A stretch of DNA of 64,000 nucleotides from Acidobacteriota bacterium (GCA_963666055.2 CAXWPH010000002.1:320001-384000), one strand, 5' to 3'. Shown: positions 12,156 to 23,511, counted from the first letter of the stretch. Notes: generated from the sequence alone by a model not told the origin. Numbers and translations: made by a program.

Positions 12156-13633
12156 CGTCGGATCCTCGAAGGGAGCGCCAGCGGCTCCGTGTTCACTTGG
12201 AACCGGGCGGCCGAGCCGGTCACGAACAACGCGGCTAGCGTGGCCGCGAGCGCGCCGCGAGCGCCGGGTGTCACGAGATCATTACCGTGCGCGCGAACTG
12301 GGCGTTGTTCTCCCAGCTGGTCCTCTTCTCGGCCAGGTCCTCCAGCACCGGCTGTACCCTGCCATTCGCATCGATGGCGCGCGACACGACGGTGTGCTCC
12401 CCTGCCGTGGCACCTTCCCAACGGTATACAAAGAGCTTCCAGGAGTACTTCGTATTGCGCGGATCCAGCGTCGCTTGCTCCCAGGGCCCGTCGTCGATCT
12501 TCACCTCCACCCGAGCCAGCGGCGTCCCGTCGGTCAAGGCGAACCCGTGCACGGTGTGATGGTCGGCAGCGCGCGTGACCCGGGCGATGGCCGACTTCAG
12601 CTGGATGCGGGTGACCGAGGTCTCCATGTACTTGAGGCTGCCTCCCACCTGCTTGGCCGTCAGCGTGACGTAGTGGTTGGCCATGAACTTGCCCATGAAT
12701 CGACCTTCCTGCACGTGGATCTGCTTGAGCCATTTGACCTGGGCAACGCCGTACCAGCCCGGGATGATCAGCCGCAGCGGCGCTCCCTGATGGATGCTCA
12801 GCGGCTCGCCGTTGAGCTCGTACGCAAGCATGGTGTCGTCGCGCAGGGCGTCTTCTAGCGACATGCTGCGGGCGTATTGCTGATCGACCAGCCAGCTACT
12901 ACCCCGCTTCTCGATCGTCTCGGTTCCCACATCGGCACCGAAGAAGACCACTTCCTTGCCGGCCGGCTCGACGCCCACCTCGTCGAGCAACGCGCGCAGA
13001 CTCGTACCGCCCCAGCGGCCGTTGCTGACCAGCCCGTGGAAGCGGCGGCGGCTGTTGCCGGAGCACTCGAACGCACAGGCCAGCTCCGTGCGCGGGCGTC
13101 GACGGATGTCCGCCATCGACAGCTTCTGAGGCCGCGACACTTGCCCGCTGATCTCGAGCTCGTGGGTCGCAGCGTCCACTTCAGGATGCCCGTAGTGCTG
13201 AACGGTGAAGAACTGGTCGGCCGGCGTAAAGAATTCGTCGATCTCGCGGATATCTACGAGCCGAACGATTGGCGTCGGGTTGGTTTCGAACCCGTCCGGC
13301 ATGTCGGTGAACGGAACCGTTTCGTCTTGCGACATCGCGGCCAGCGCCCAATTCGGCACACCGACCACCATCGATCCGGCGACGATCGCACCGGCCTTCG
13401 TCGCGTCGCGGCGCGTCATGCGCTCAGACATCATCCTCCTCCTTCGGAAACCCGGCGAATCGGCATCCCGGGCCGGTTCCCAGTGGTCTCTCCGTTTTGG
13501 TACACGATCTGCCCGTTGACCCAGACAGTATCAATTCCGGCCGACGAAAGGTGCGGCTCCTCGACCGTGGAGCGATCGATCACCGTCGCCGGGTCGAACA
13601 AGACGAGGTCGGCGTAGGCGCCTTCCTCGATCG
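12156..13633. repeat. ~1.48-kb direct repeat, copy 1 (copy 2 at 54782-56259)
   Basis: Colinear at offset 42626. Central part looks identical; flanks are diverged. Confidence 0.95.
12271..13434 (-). CDS. Sulfite oxidase-family molybdopterin oxidoreductase, Tat-like signal (copy 1)
   Basis: MTRRD signal, FFTVQH, FECSGN, HQGAPLRLIIPGWYGVAQVKWL, SRAIDANG. Confidence 0.9.
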   Translation of the reverse strand: MMSERMTRRDATKAGAIVAGSMVVGVPNWALAAMSQDETVPFTDMPDGFETNPTPIVRLVDIREIDEFFTPADQFFTVQHYGHPEVDAATHELEISGQVSRPQKLSMADIRRRPRTELACAFECSGNSRRRFHGLVSNGRWGGTSLRALLDEVGVEPAGKEVVFFGADVGTETIEKRGSSWLVDQQYARSMSLEDALRDDTMLAYELNGEPLSIHQGAPLRLIIPGWYGVAQVKWLKQIHVQEGRFMGKFMANHYVTLTAKQVGGSLKYMETSVTRIQLKSAIARVTRAADHHTVHGFALTDGTPLARVEVKIDDGPWEQATLDPRNTKYSWKLFVYRWEGATAGEHTVVSRAIDANGRVQPVLEDLAEKRTSWENNAQFARTVMIS

Positions 13634-14290
13634 TGCCGCGATCGACGATCCCGACGTGAGCCGCCGGCAGGGCGGTGATCTTGTGAACGCCCTCCTCGAG
13701 GCCGACGACGCAGCGATCCCGTACGTAGTGGCCCAGGAACCGGGTGAACGTTCCGTAGCCGCGCGGGTGGGCGCCGGCCAGACCGCCATCGCTACATATG
13801 TTGGCGTACGGCCACGCCATGATCGCCTCGATATCGGGCTCGTCCATAGCGAACCCGAGCATCGACGAGCGGGCCGCGTCGCCGCCCCGCCGAGCGAACT
13901 CAGCATCGACCCCCAGCAGGTCCATCAGTGTCGTGTACGGGTCCGCGCCTCGCTGCTCTGCGATCTCGGCCACGCTCATGCCGTTGTACTCCGGCTGCGC
14001 CGGGTAGTTCGCCAGCAGCAGCCCTTCGGGCCGCATCATCTCCTGGAGCACATACTCGGCGCCCTCGCGGCGGCCCGGATCGCGGTCCGGAAACACGGTG
14101 AGCAGCCATCGGAAGCCGGTCTGCAACGCCGCGTAGGGGTAAACGTCGGCGGTGATATCGACGCCCGAAGCACGCGCCTCGTCGAGGATGCCGATCAGCC
14201 GCTCCGCATGTCCCCACCAGCGCGGCATCGCCACATGGCGCCTGGACCTACTCCGCCGGTGCTTCATGGCGGGGGCGTGTTTGAAACAAA
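13431..14290 (-). pseudogene. C-terminal half of N-acyl-D-amino-acid deacylase
   Basis: DITADVYPY, SDG, HPRGYGTFTRFL, DRGTIEEGAYADLVLFD; N-terminus missing. Confidence 0.8.
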
Positions 14291-14421
14291 CGACGCTAAG
14301 GCGCACGAGATTGAACCCGACACCATCGATCTTCATTGATGTCATCCGTCGAGCCCGAGCGGCGGCTGAGGCCGAGCAACAGCAGTGAACCCGAGAGCAA
14401 GCGAAACGGCGAGGTGAGCGA

Positions 14422-14540
14422 ATGGACCTAGAGCAGCGAGTCAAGCGACTGGAGCGAGAAAACAGGCACTGAAGATCGCAGGCGGTGCCGTGGTGTCGGT
14501 GCTGCTGGGCGTTGCGTTGGCGGGTGCGGTAGCTCCACAA
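14422..14540 (+). pseudogene. Frameshifted N-terminal fragment of a small coiled-coil+TM protein
   Basis: MDLEQRVKRLERENR, frameshift, then LKIAGGAVVSVLLGVALAGA. Confidence 0.45.
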
Positions 14541-14773
14541 GAGGAAGGATGGTTCCGCTATCGCGTGAAGCGTGACCAACCGATCATCCCTTCCGCCATT
14601 TCAGCAAACGAGTCCGAAAACCCCTTGCCGAGACAGTAGAGTTCACCCGAAGGGAAGGTGACGTAGGGAGGCCCTGTTTCCAAAGCGCCTCTTGCCCAGG
14701 CCGGCGTCCTGGCTTTGTCACCTCACCGGTAGGTCGTGGTCATGGGATCGTTCCCGTGGCACTCCAGCTGCCG

Positions 14774-15195
14774 ATGAACAAGCGAGTCGTACTCGCCGTG
14801 GCCCTGGCACTTGGTGCGAGCGGCCTCGGAGCGGCTCAGACCGCTGCCGACCGGATCCTCATAGCCGGGCGTATCTTCACCGCGCACGACCAGGAGCCCT
14901 GGGCGGAGGCGTCGCGATTCGCGGCGACCGCTTCGTGTACGTGGGATCACGAGAGGGCGTCAGGGCCCACCAGGGCTCCCGAACCGTGGTCGATGAGCTC
15001 CCCGACGCGTTCATCACCCCCGGCTTCACCGACTCCCACGTCCACCTCATCTGGGGCTCGGATTCCCTCGATCGCGTCGGCCTCGGTGGCGCGCGCAACC
15101 TGGCGGACATGCTGGCCCGTCTCAAGGCGTTCGCCGATGCACACCCGGAACGGGACTGGATCGTCGGGGCGGGCTGGGGGCTTGGGGCATTGGAG
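14774..15195 (+). pseudogene. N-terminal fragment of YtcJ-like amidohydrolase
   Basis: Signal peptide, GRIFT, frameshift near 14905, PGFTDSHVH, WIVGAGW, then truncated. Confidence 0.75.
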
Positions 15196-15239
15196 CAGTC
15201 CCCTTACCACAGCGGTGGTAGTTGCTATCGATTCGGGAC

Positions 15240-17206
15240 TTAGATCCGCGGGAACCAGCCGTGGCGCATCTGCACGAGCTCTCCGACGGCGCGGTGCGCC
15301 TCGTCGAAGGCGGTCTGGGTGAGATCGATCCCCGAGGCATCGGTGTTGGCGATCGTGATCCGCCCGAAGGGCTGACTGGCGACCTTCCAGGGCTCCTCGC
15401 CGGGAGGCGACTCCGGATCGAACAGCGTGTTGGTCGCCAGGGCGTAGCCGTGCGGCCAGCGGTTCACGGTGATCGCCTCGATGTCGCGCGCCGGGTCGAA
15501 ACCCGCCGGCGACAGCACCCGCGCCATCTGGTCGCGGATCCGTCGTTCGAAGTCCTCGAAGGATGTCTCCAGGAGCGCTTGTCGCACCGCTCGCATCTGC
15601 TCCCGAACCGGTGTGCCCGGGGGGATCGGCTCGCCGCGGCGTAGGCCGCGAACCATCGGTTCCCAGGAGAGCACCCCTCCGCCAGCCCCCAGCGAGACGA
15701 CGATCGGGTCGGCGGGCGTGCGCGGTGGATCGTAAGTCCCGAGCGTGATCGGTGCGCGAGGGCGGATGGCGCTGTAGAACGAGCCCGGACACGAAACGCT
15801 GGAGACGCCGAGCTCCTCGAGTGCCCGCCAGTCGCGCACCAGGACGTTGGTGGACATATTCACGGCGCGTGCGGCGAGGCTCAGCGCTTCCTTCTGCTCG
15901 GATGGAAGCTCGGGACACAGGTGCGGGATCATGGTGTGGTAGCAGGCCAACACACAGCCCTTGCCGCGCACCCGGTAGGCCTTGCCACCGCGGACGTAGG
16001 TGATCTCGGTCTCGCGGGAGTCCGAGCTCAAGACCTGCGGTGGATCGCCGACATGCTGCGCGCGGACGGCGGCGCTGTTGAGCCGCAGACGCACGGGCGA
16101 GCGCGGCTCGTCGAGCTTCGAGTAGTCGGTTCGCCGGAGCTCGACGCTCGCCATCGATCCCGCTGGTAGGGCCGCCGGGATCAACGAGCGCACGATCATC
16201 CGCGCGATGTCGGAGTTGCCGGCCGGGAAGTAGACGTCGGTGGTGTCGTGGTCCGGGTGGGCCGGTGACTCCGGCGGAACCTCGAAGCCGAGCCCCTGGA
16301 AGCCCGGCAGGCCGCGATAGAGGGCGAACCACGCGCTCGAGGTATCGGCGCCCAGACACCAGACCCCACCAACCAGCGGCAGCACGTCCGGATGCACTTG
16401 GACGACATCCAGCAGGTAGTCGCGGTAGCTGATGCGTTGCAGCCGTTCGATCTTCTCCTCGCGGGACAGCCCCGGCAGATAGTCGCGCCGGTCGTTCCAG
16501 AGCCGCAGCAGGTCCCGGCGTATCGGCTCAGTGAGCGGCGTCTTGGCGAGGAACTCCGCCGTGGGTCGGCGGACGCTGCCGTTGACGAGGACGTCTTTCC
16601 CGAAGCTCTCCTTGCCAAAGAAAACGGCTGGCTCCAGCCCCAACTCCCTGAACATCCCTCGATGGACGTTGTTGGTAGGATGATCCAGCTCGACGCCGAT
16701 GTCCTCGAGCATCTCCCGCGCCGGCAGCGGATAGCGGTCGGGCGCCACCATGTAAGACGTGCCGCCGGTCACCAGCAGCACTTGGCCGTCGTGCTCGAAC
16801 TCGTTGCGCCTGGCGTGGCCGCCAAAGTCGTCGTGGTTCTCGAGAATCAGCACGCGGGCGTCAGGGCTCGTCGCCTTGCGGAAGAAGTACGCCGCCGCCA
16901 GACCGCTGAGGCCGGCGCCGACCACGATCAGGTCGTAGGTCTCGCCGGTGTCCTCGGCGTCATCCCACGTGACGCCGTCGCGGGCGGCGTGGGCCGCCTC
17001 GAACGAACCGGGGTGCGAGCCGCGCATATACCGGTACGGGCCGGCGGGTAATAGTCGGCTGCCTTCTCGGGGCCGTGGGCCTGGCTGACGCCTGCGGCGC
17101 GAAGCCTGGCCGGCAAGGCCATCGCACCGCCGACCGCGACGCTCACGCCGTTGACGAAGTCGCGCCGGGTGATATTGCGGTCCATTCCGAGTCCACGATC
17201 GCGCAT
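15240..17206 (-). pseudogene. Tat-exported FAD oxidoreductase (spermidine dehydrogenase-like), frameshifted
   Basis: ITRRDFVNG, YYPPARTG/MRGSHPGSFE split by an extra AT at ~17028, GAGLSGLAAA, HDDFGGHARRNE, NRWPHGYA. Confidence 0.85.
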
Positions 17207-17290
17207 ACCTATTCCTCGAGTCAGGGCGCCCCTTCGGTTGTGAGCTTCAGAGCACGCCTGCGGTGATGGACCAAGCGAACGGAGGCCGGC

Positions 17291-18835
17291 TTACGCGTGC
17301 GGTGCGATCTCGGTCATGTACCACTTGATAAATCCGGCCGGTCCCCCTTCTCGCGTGGCGTACGGTTGCCCGCCGCGGAAGTTGTAGCGACTGTTCTGGA
17401 TCCCGTGCTGGTTGTTCTCGACGATCCATAGATCCTCTCGGTAGGTGACGTCCCAGAGCTCCATCATGCGCTCCACGTCCACCTCTTCATCCTTGGCGTC
17501 GCCCTTGACCAGCCAGAAGATCTCGACATCGGTCGACTGTATGTCTCGTGGGGTGAAGCGGGCAACCGCGATGTGGTCGTCGTAGGCGGCGAAGAACGAC
17601 GTCGAGAAACCGGTCGTTGCGCCGCGCCGCTGATGCGTCCACTCGTCGAGGATGAGCGGCGCCACCGGCTTGCCATCGAGGCTGCCGGTGACGAAGCCGG
17701 GTGAGAGGTGGCGGTTCATCGTGTAGCTGTTCTGGTTCGCGTTGTCCTGTTGCCGCTCCGTGTGCTCGTGGCTCACCAGTTCCTGCTCGAGGTTGGCGCG
17801 TTGCTCGGGGGTCATCACGTGCGCTTGCTGCCACCACTGGACCATCACCAACGACTTGTGCGCCGGCTCGCAGTGATAGCACTCCTGGAAGTTCTCGACC
17901 GCCAGCTTCCAGTTCGCCTTCGTCGGGTACTGCTTGCGAGCTACTACTTTCAGATTCGCGGTTCCATAGAGCTTGGAGACCCCTCGCCACCTGGCCACGA
18001 AGTCGTCGAAGCCCGCTGGTTCTTCGTCGGCCAGGCTGACGAAGATGAAGCCTTCGACCATCTGCACGTGGGCCGGGTGCAGGCCGTGCTGGTCTTGTTC
18101 GAACCCCTCCGGCATCCCGGTTGGCAGCGAGATCAGCTTGCCGTCGAGATCGTAGGTCCAGGAGTGATACGGGCAACGAAAGACCGCTGTGTTACCGCTC
18201 GGTCCCTGTTGTGCTACCGACAGCCGCGAGTCCGCCGGCTTGCCGTCGAGCGTCGCCTCGCCGGGCAGGTCCTTGTCGAAACCGTGCAGGCAGAGCCGCG
18301 ATCCGCGGTGTCGACAGACGTTGTGGTAGGCCTTCACGGCACCGTCGTTGGCCCGCAGGATGATGAGACTGCCGCCACGGCCGAACTCGAAGACGAAGTA
18401 GTCGCCCGGATTGGGAATGCGGCTGTCATGGTCGGCCATGAACCAGAACTGCTCTTGCAGGAAGCGCTCTTCGTTCAGCCAGTGCTTCTCGGCGAGGTAG
18501 TACTCGGCCGGAATCGTGGTGCCTTCTTGCCAGCCGCCCGGATAGCTGGGGGCCTCGCCGGGTGGCGACATGATCTCCTCCAGCAGCACATCGCGACCGT
18601 CAAAATCCTCGCCGCCATACGTCACTTCGGGCGGCATCGTGATCGGACCCCGAGCTGCGGATGTCGCGGCCTTTGCTGCCTCCGACGTTCCCTTCTCCGT
18701 CAGCGTTTCACCACGCAGCACCTTGGGAAGCGCCACCGCGGCCGCTCCCGCCGCAACCGATGTCTTGGCGAAGTCGCGACGGCTGACCTTCTTGCGCTCG
18801 GTGTCCTTGTTCTTCTTGCCCCCTCTCTTGCTCAT
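17291..18835 (-). CDS. Rieske non-heme iron oxygenase alpha subunit with Tat-like leader
   Basis: CRHRG...CPYH Rieske ligands, NWKLAVENFQECYHCEPAH, ED mononuclear Fe ligand, N-terminal SRRDFAK. Confidence 0.9.
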   Translation of the reverse strand: MSKRGGKKNKDTERKKVSRRDFAKTSVAAGAAAVALPKVLRGETLTEKGTSEAAKAATSAARGPITMPPEVTYGGEDFDGRDVLLEEIMSPPGEAPSYPGGWQEGTTIPAEYYLAEKHWLNEERFLQEQFWFMADHDSRIPNPGDYFVFEFGRGGSLIILRANDGAVKAYHNVCRHRGSRLCLHGFDKDLPGEATLDGKPADSRLSVAQQGPSGNTAVFRCPYHSWTYDLDGKLISLPTGMPEGFEQDQHGLHPAHVQMVEGFIFVSLADEEPAGFDDFVARWRGVSKLYGTANLKVVARKQYPTKANWKLAVENFQECYHCEPAHKSLVMVQWWQQAHVMTPEQRANLEQELVSHEHTERQQDNANQNSYTMNRHLSPGFVTGSLDGKPVAPLILDEWTHQRRGATTGFSTSFFAAYDDHIAVARFTPRDIQSTDVEIFWLVKGDAKDEEVDVERMMELWDVTYREDLWIVENNQHGIQNSRYNFRGGQPYATREGGPAGFIKWYMTEIAPHA

Positions 18836-18988
18836 GTCACCCTCCTGCGGCCCGCGGACAGGACGTCCGGATGCCTGCAATGCAAACACAAGTACGCCGC
18901 TTTTACCACGGCATTGTCAGGTTAAGCGACGCGTTTGGCAGATTGCACCGGGAGTGTGATTCGTCGTCGCCACCCCTGCGTCGCCCGC

Positions 18989-19104
18989 TCAATGCCTGGT
19001 TCGTCTTCCGGGCCCATAGATCGGTCGTCCGGGCCGTGCACCGGTGTGCTCTCCGTCGTCGAAGACGACGACATCGGCCCAGTAGCCCTGGAGTAGCCGG
19101 CCCC
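18989..19104 (-). pseudogene. Internally deleted C-terminal remnant of a D-aminoacylase
   Basis: LEDRGRLLQGYWADVVVFD fused to DGEHTGARPGRPIYGPG*. Confidence 0.65.
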
Positions 19105-19544
19105 TGTCCTCGAGCCGCAGAACCTTATTCGGCTCGTGAGATATCGGCCCGTTGACAGAGGTTGCGGCGCAGTGCTCGGTTGCGGCGCGGTGCTAATGGC
19201 TCAGGGGGGGGGGCAAGCTCCGACTGCAAGGGGAGCTGCCTCGGGTCACAGGAAGCAGGGGAAACCAAATCATTGGAGCGGCGGAGCCAATTAGTTGGAT
19301 ATTGTGGCGCCCGGACGTGCCGCGGACCCGCAGAGCGGTTCCCGTTTCGTGCCGTGCTCGCCTCCAGTCCAGCGACGACTGATCGGGGCATCGGACGGAA
19401 TCGCCCAGTAGACGTGGTCTGGCGCCAGAATGTTGAGTTTGCGCAAGCGCGGTGCCGACCGAGACGCCACAAGAGGGCCGATGGGCACGATTCTTGCATT
19501 CTTATTGTGAAGCATTCAAGTGAATCAACCCAGGAGGAAGTGGA

Positions 19545-22427
19545 ATGCGCGCCAAGCTTGCCGTTTTGACTGTTGCTATGCTCCTGATACTCCCCGCGCA
19601 GGTGATGGCGCAGGGTGAGCGGACGCAGGGGGATATCGCCGGAGTAGTTCGTGACGTGGATGGTGCGGGGCTGCCCGGCGCCACCGCCACCATCGAGGGC
19701 GACAACCTCATCCAGGAATCTCTCTCGCAGGTAAGCGACGTCGCGGGCAACTTCCGGTTTCGTAATCTCAGGCCGGGAATGTACATCGTCACGGTCTCGC
19801 TCACCGGGTTCCAAACGATGGCCTACAACGTCCCGGTGAACGTCGGCACGGCGTCAACCGTGATTGCGGAACTGTCGCTGGCGGGGGTCGCAGAGACGGT
19901 CACAGTCGTCTCCGAGACGCCGTTGATCGACATAGAGTCAGCATCGCTTACGACGTCATACGGCGCGGATCTGCTGGAAAACGTTCCGGTGGCGCGTGAG
20001 TTCGCCAACATGACCGACTTCGCCGCTGGTTTCGCCGACAAGGGAGCCTATGGCGCCGGCGGCAACGACTCCGAGGGCACCAGCGTGCATCGGCAAGGTG
20101 CCGCAACCAACGGCTACCGGCTCAACGGCGTTGACATCAACGAGCTGGACTGGGGTCTCACCTTTGTCAACCCGAACGTGGAGACGATCGCCGAGATCCA
20201 GATTGTCGGTGTCGGCGCCAGCGCCGAGTACAGCCACTTCACTGGCGCGATGATCAATATTGTGACCAAGGGGGGCACCAACGAGATACATGGCTCGGGC
20301 TCTTTCTACTTCCAGAACGGCTCTCTGAGAACCGACAACTCGCGCGGCATCGTGGATCTCGAGCGCGGAAAGTTCTCCTACGACCGCGAGGTTGCCGCCT
20401 CTGTCGGTGGCCCGATTGCGCGCAACAAGCTGCTGTTCTTTGCCGGCGTCGCCCGTCAAGAAAAGCGCGATTCGATTGCCGCCGACTCGTTCTGGGAGAA
20501 CGGTGGAATCGCCGTCGATGATGCCCAGCAGGGTAACGCTAGGTGGGCACTGCACGGCAAGCTGGATTTCTTGCTCAACGACACCAACACGTTCGGGTTC
20601 ATGATCAACCATGATCCGGGCGGCGAGTCGAACCGCGACCTGCGACCAGGTTCGCCGCTCGACGTCGCCATGGATACCGAGTACAACAGCACGACCGCGT
20701 TGTTCACCTGGCAATCCCAACTGGGCGACAACACCTTCACCGATCTCCGCCTCGCATACAATACGGCGGACTTCTTGCGCATCCCGCTCGTGTGCTGCGA
20801 CATCCCGGATTACTGGTTCAACAATTCGCGGAGGCTCACCCGTGGCTTCGTGGAGGACGAGGACAACGCCTCGAAAAATGTCACGGCAACGGTGACCCAG
20901 TACGTCGACGACTTCCTGGGCGCGGCGCATGACGTCAAGGTCGGTATCGACTACAACGACCTTTGGTCCACCTGGATTGCTAAGATTACCGGTAGAGGGG
21001 CCATGTATGCCTATAGCTCCGGTAACGTATATGGGCGTATCTCCAACCGTGGCCTCGAGGCCCGAATGCTACGCCACTCGGCCTTTATCCAGGATAACGC
21101 TACCGCTAGCGACAACCTCACCCTCAACCTCGGGCTGCGCTTTGACCGGACGACCGGTTACGACATGAAGGGTGGGGTGGTTGGGGCTCAGGTAGACAGG
21201 TACGACAACTTGGCGCCACGCCTTGGTTTCACCTTGGATGTGAGCGGTGATGGCCGTGCCGTGTTCCATGGCAGCTGGGGACGCTACTTCGAGAAGATCT
21301 CCATCGGACACGTCTCGAGAGCCACCGGCGGCGCGTTCACGGACCCATACGAACCCAACCAGAGGTTCTTCTTCGCAATACCTGACGGGTTTTTCCCTGC
21401 CGACTACGACCCCCTCAACCCGACCGACGCGCAAGTGATAGCGCTGCAAGACGAACTCTTCCAACTCGAAAACCGGACTTCGTTCAACGCCGATATCTTT
21501 CCGATCACCCCCGGCACCCAGTCGACGCACACGGATGTCTTCAATTTGGGAGTCGAGTATGAATTAGTCAGGGACTGGGTCGTGGGTCTCGACTACATCC
21601 GCAAAGATGACAGCAACATGTTCATCTACAACGACATCATTGACCATGTGTATACGCCCTTCGAATACACCAGCCCGGTGGTGCCCGGATTCCTCGATAC
21701 GCCGACGACGCAGACGCTCTACTCGAAAGACAGCGGCTTTTTTTCGAACGTCTTCGATAACAGCGACTACTATGCGCGGTGGCACAACATCGTGACGCTG
21801 TCGCTGGACCGACGGCGAACGGGTTCCGGCCTCAACTTCAGCACCTCGCTCACCTACCAGAACAACGAGGGAAGGATAGACAATGGCGACGGCCAGACCA
21901 TCTGGGGTAGGGGCTTCGACGAAGAAGACAACCCGAACTTCAACGGCCACCCCTTCTCCGAGTCGGGTCCGTTGCGCTTCAGCAGAACGTGGAGCTGGAA
22001 GATACTGGGCAACTACAGGCTGCCCGGAGACATCCTCGTGGGTACGTACTGGAACTGGGCGTCGGGTCGGCCGTGGAACCTCAAGGTCAGGCACGGATCC
22101 AGGGGGATTCCCGAATTGCTCAACGCCGCCTACGGCAGCACAAACATCGAGGCGCGCGGTAGCAGGCGGTGGGATTCGCATAAGCAGCTCGATCTGCGGC
22201 TCTCGAAGTCCTTTAATTTTGGGAATGGCCGGCTCGAGTTGATGGTCGACGGGTTCAACATGCTCAACAACTTCTCCCCGACCAGCGTCAGAGATCGAAT
22301 CGACCGAACGTTCAGCCTTCAGCGCGACGCCGAAGGCAACAGACTCTCCAACGTCGGGCTGCCCCGGGACTCTTCAAGACTGCTGCCCGGACGGCAGCTT
22401 CGGTTCGGGGTACGACTTTCCTTCTGA
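19545..22427 (+). CDS. TonB-dependent receptor, Oar-like, with carboxypeptidase-regulatory N-domain
   Basis: Signal peptide, LPGATATI, NIVTKGGTN..HGS, LTLNLGLRFD, terminal VRLSF. Confidence 0.92.
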   Translation: MRAKLAVLTVAMLLILPAQVMAQGERTQGDIAGVVRDVDGAGLPGATATIEGDNLIQESLSQVSDVAGNFRFRNLRPGMYIVTVSLTGFQTMAYNVPVNVGTASTVIAELSLAGVAETVTVVSETPLIDIESASLTTSYGADLLENVPVAREFANMTDFAAGFADKGAYGAGGNDSEGTSVHRQGAATNGYRLNGVDINELDWGLTFVNPNVETIAEIQIVGVGASAEYSHFTGAMINIVTKGGTNEIHGSGSFYFQNGSLRTDNSRGIVDLERGKFSYDREVAASVGGPIARNKLLFFAGVARQEKRDSIAADSFWENGGIAVDDAQQGNARWALHGKLDFLLNDTNTFGFMINHDPGGESNRDLRPGSPLDVAMDTEYNSTTALFTWQSQLGDNTFTDLRLAYNTADFLRIPLVCCDIPDYWFNNSRRLTRGFVEDEDNASKNVTATVTQYVDDFLGAAHDVKVGIDYNDLWSTWIAKITGRGAMYAYSSGNVYGRISNRGLEARMLRHSAFIQDNATASDNLTLNLGLRFDRTTGYDMKGGVVGAQVDRYDNLAPRLGFTLDVSGDGRAVFHGSWGRYFEKISIGHVSRATGGAFTDPYEPNQRFFFAIPDGFFPADYDPLNPTDAQVIALQDELFQLENRTSFNADIFPITPGTQSTHTDVFNLGVEYELVRDWVVGLDYIRKDDSNMFIYNDIIDHVYTPFEYTSPVVPGFLDTPTTQTLYSKDSGFFSNVFDNSDYYARWHNIVTLSLDRRRTGSGLNFSTSLTYQNNEGRIDNGDGQTIWGRGFDEEDNPNFNGHPFSESGPLRFSRTWSWKILGNYRLPGDILVGTYWNWASGRPWNLKVRHGSRGIPELLNAAYGSTNIEARGSRRWDSHKQLDLRLSKSFNFGNGRLELMVDGFNMLNNFSPTSVRDRIDRTFSLQRDAEGNRLSNVGLPRDSSRLLPGRQLRFGVRLSF

Positions 22428-22611
22428 TTGGCTGACACGCAACGACAGAGTGGAGTGCGGTGATCCAGGGCCGGGAGCCGGCCCTGCGGATCGACGATGA
22501 CCTCGAGGGCCATCGCTGACTGAGCCGCACCCTGCTGGTGCTGTCGTTCGATCTGCTGGCGCAGCTCGTCAGTGCTGTCTCTCGATCCGCTGGCGCAGAC
22601 GCAGCTCGTCA
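22234..22611. repeat. ~380-bp direct repeat, copy 1 (receptor 3' end + TPR gene 3' end; copy 2 at 49211-49587)
   Basis: Colinear; first ~150 bp look identical, then SNPs and small indels. Confidence 0.95.
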
Positions 22612-22713
22612 ACGAGCGTCCTCCTAGCATGACAGTCCTTCCACTGCGGACTCGCTGCCGGCCTTCGCCATGTGGACGGCTTTCCCTTACCGGTTATCTC
22701 ACGACAAATATCT

Positions 22714-23511
22714 TCAATCCACGATGGCCGCGTCGACGTCGACGCCGATGGGGCAGTGGTCAGAACCACTGACGTGGGGCCAGATGAACGCCTTTCTGAG
22801 ATAGCGCGTCGCTGCCCGGGAAGCGAGAACGTAGTCGATCCGCCAGCCGACGTTGCGTTCTCGTGCGTTGAATCTCTGCGCCCACCAGGTGTAGTGGTCG
22901 GGGCTCGCCTCAAGGTGGCGAAAGGTGTCCACCCAGCCGGCTCGGAGCCAACGGTCCAGCTCTTCGCGCTCCTGCGGCAGAAAGCCGCTGTTGCGAGTGT
23001 TGGCCTTGGGATTCGCGAGATCGATCTCCCGATGGGCGGTATTGAAGTCGCCCATCACGAGGACGCGATACCCAGCCCGGCGAAGGCCGTCGATGTGCTC
23101 GAAGAGGGCGCGGTAGAAGGCGAGCTTGTAGGGCACCCGGCTGTTGTCGCGCAGCCTGCCGCTACCCTTGGGAAAGTAGCAGTTGACCACCACGAGACGA
23201 CCGAATAGAGCGATCTGCAGGCGACCCTCGCGATCGAAGCGAGATTCCCCGAGCGAAGTTCGAACCCAGGTCGGCGCTCGTCGACTGAAGAGACCGACGC
23301 CGCTGTAGCCCTTCTTCTCGGCGGCCGAGAAGGCCGTGTGCCAGCGTACAGGCCGCCGCAACCGGGGTTCCAGATCTTCGGACGACGCCCGCACTTCTTG
23401 CAGGCCGACGATCTGGGCGCGACTCTTGGCCAACCATTCGAGAAATCCCTTACGGGCACAGGCGCGCAGCCCGTTGACGTTCCAGGACACGACGCGAATC
23501 GTCTTCGCCAT
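22714..23511 (-). CDS. xth: Exodeoxyribonuclease III
   Basis: SWNVNGLRA, LQE, KKGYSGV, GDFNTAH, GWRIDY, GSDHCP. Confidence 0.93.
   Translation of the reverse strand: MAKTIRVVSWNVNGLRACARKGFLEWLAKSRAQIVGLQEVRASSEDLEPRLRRPVRWHTAFSAAEKKGYSGVGLFSRRAPTWVRTSLGESRFDREGRLQIALFGRLVVVNCYFPKGSGRLRDNSRVPYKLAFYRALFEHIDGLRRAGYRVLVMGDFNTAHREIDLANPKANTRNSGFLPQEREELDRWLRAGWVDTFRHLEASPDHYTWWAQRFNARERNVGWRIDYVLASRAATRYLRKAFIWPHVSGSDHCPIGVDVDAAIVD

Noticed and set aside
12820-12850. Clustered differences between oxidoreductase copies as a diversity-generating retroelement
   Set aside because: No reverse transcriptase, the changes are not adenine-specific, and both copies are full genes.
11449-12858. Long plus-strand ORF of 469 aa, and similar shadow ORFs such as 3899-5482 and 57737-59020
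   Set aside because: Antisense shadows of real genes or remnants, common at high GC.
19130-19540. Cobalamin or other riboswitch upstream of the TonB receptor
   Set aside because: I could not find the B12 box or other conserved riboswitch motifs.
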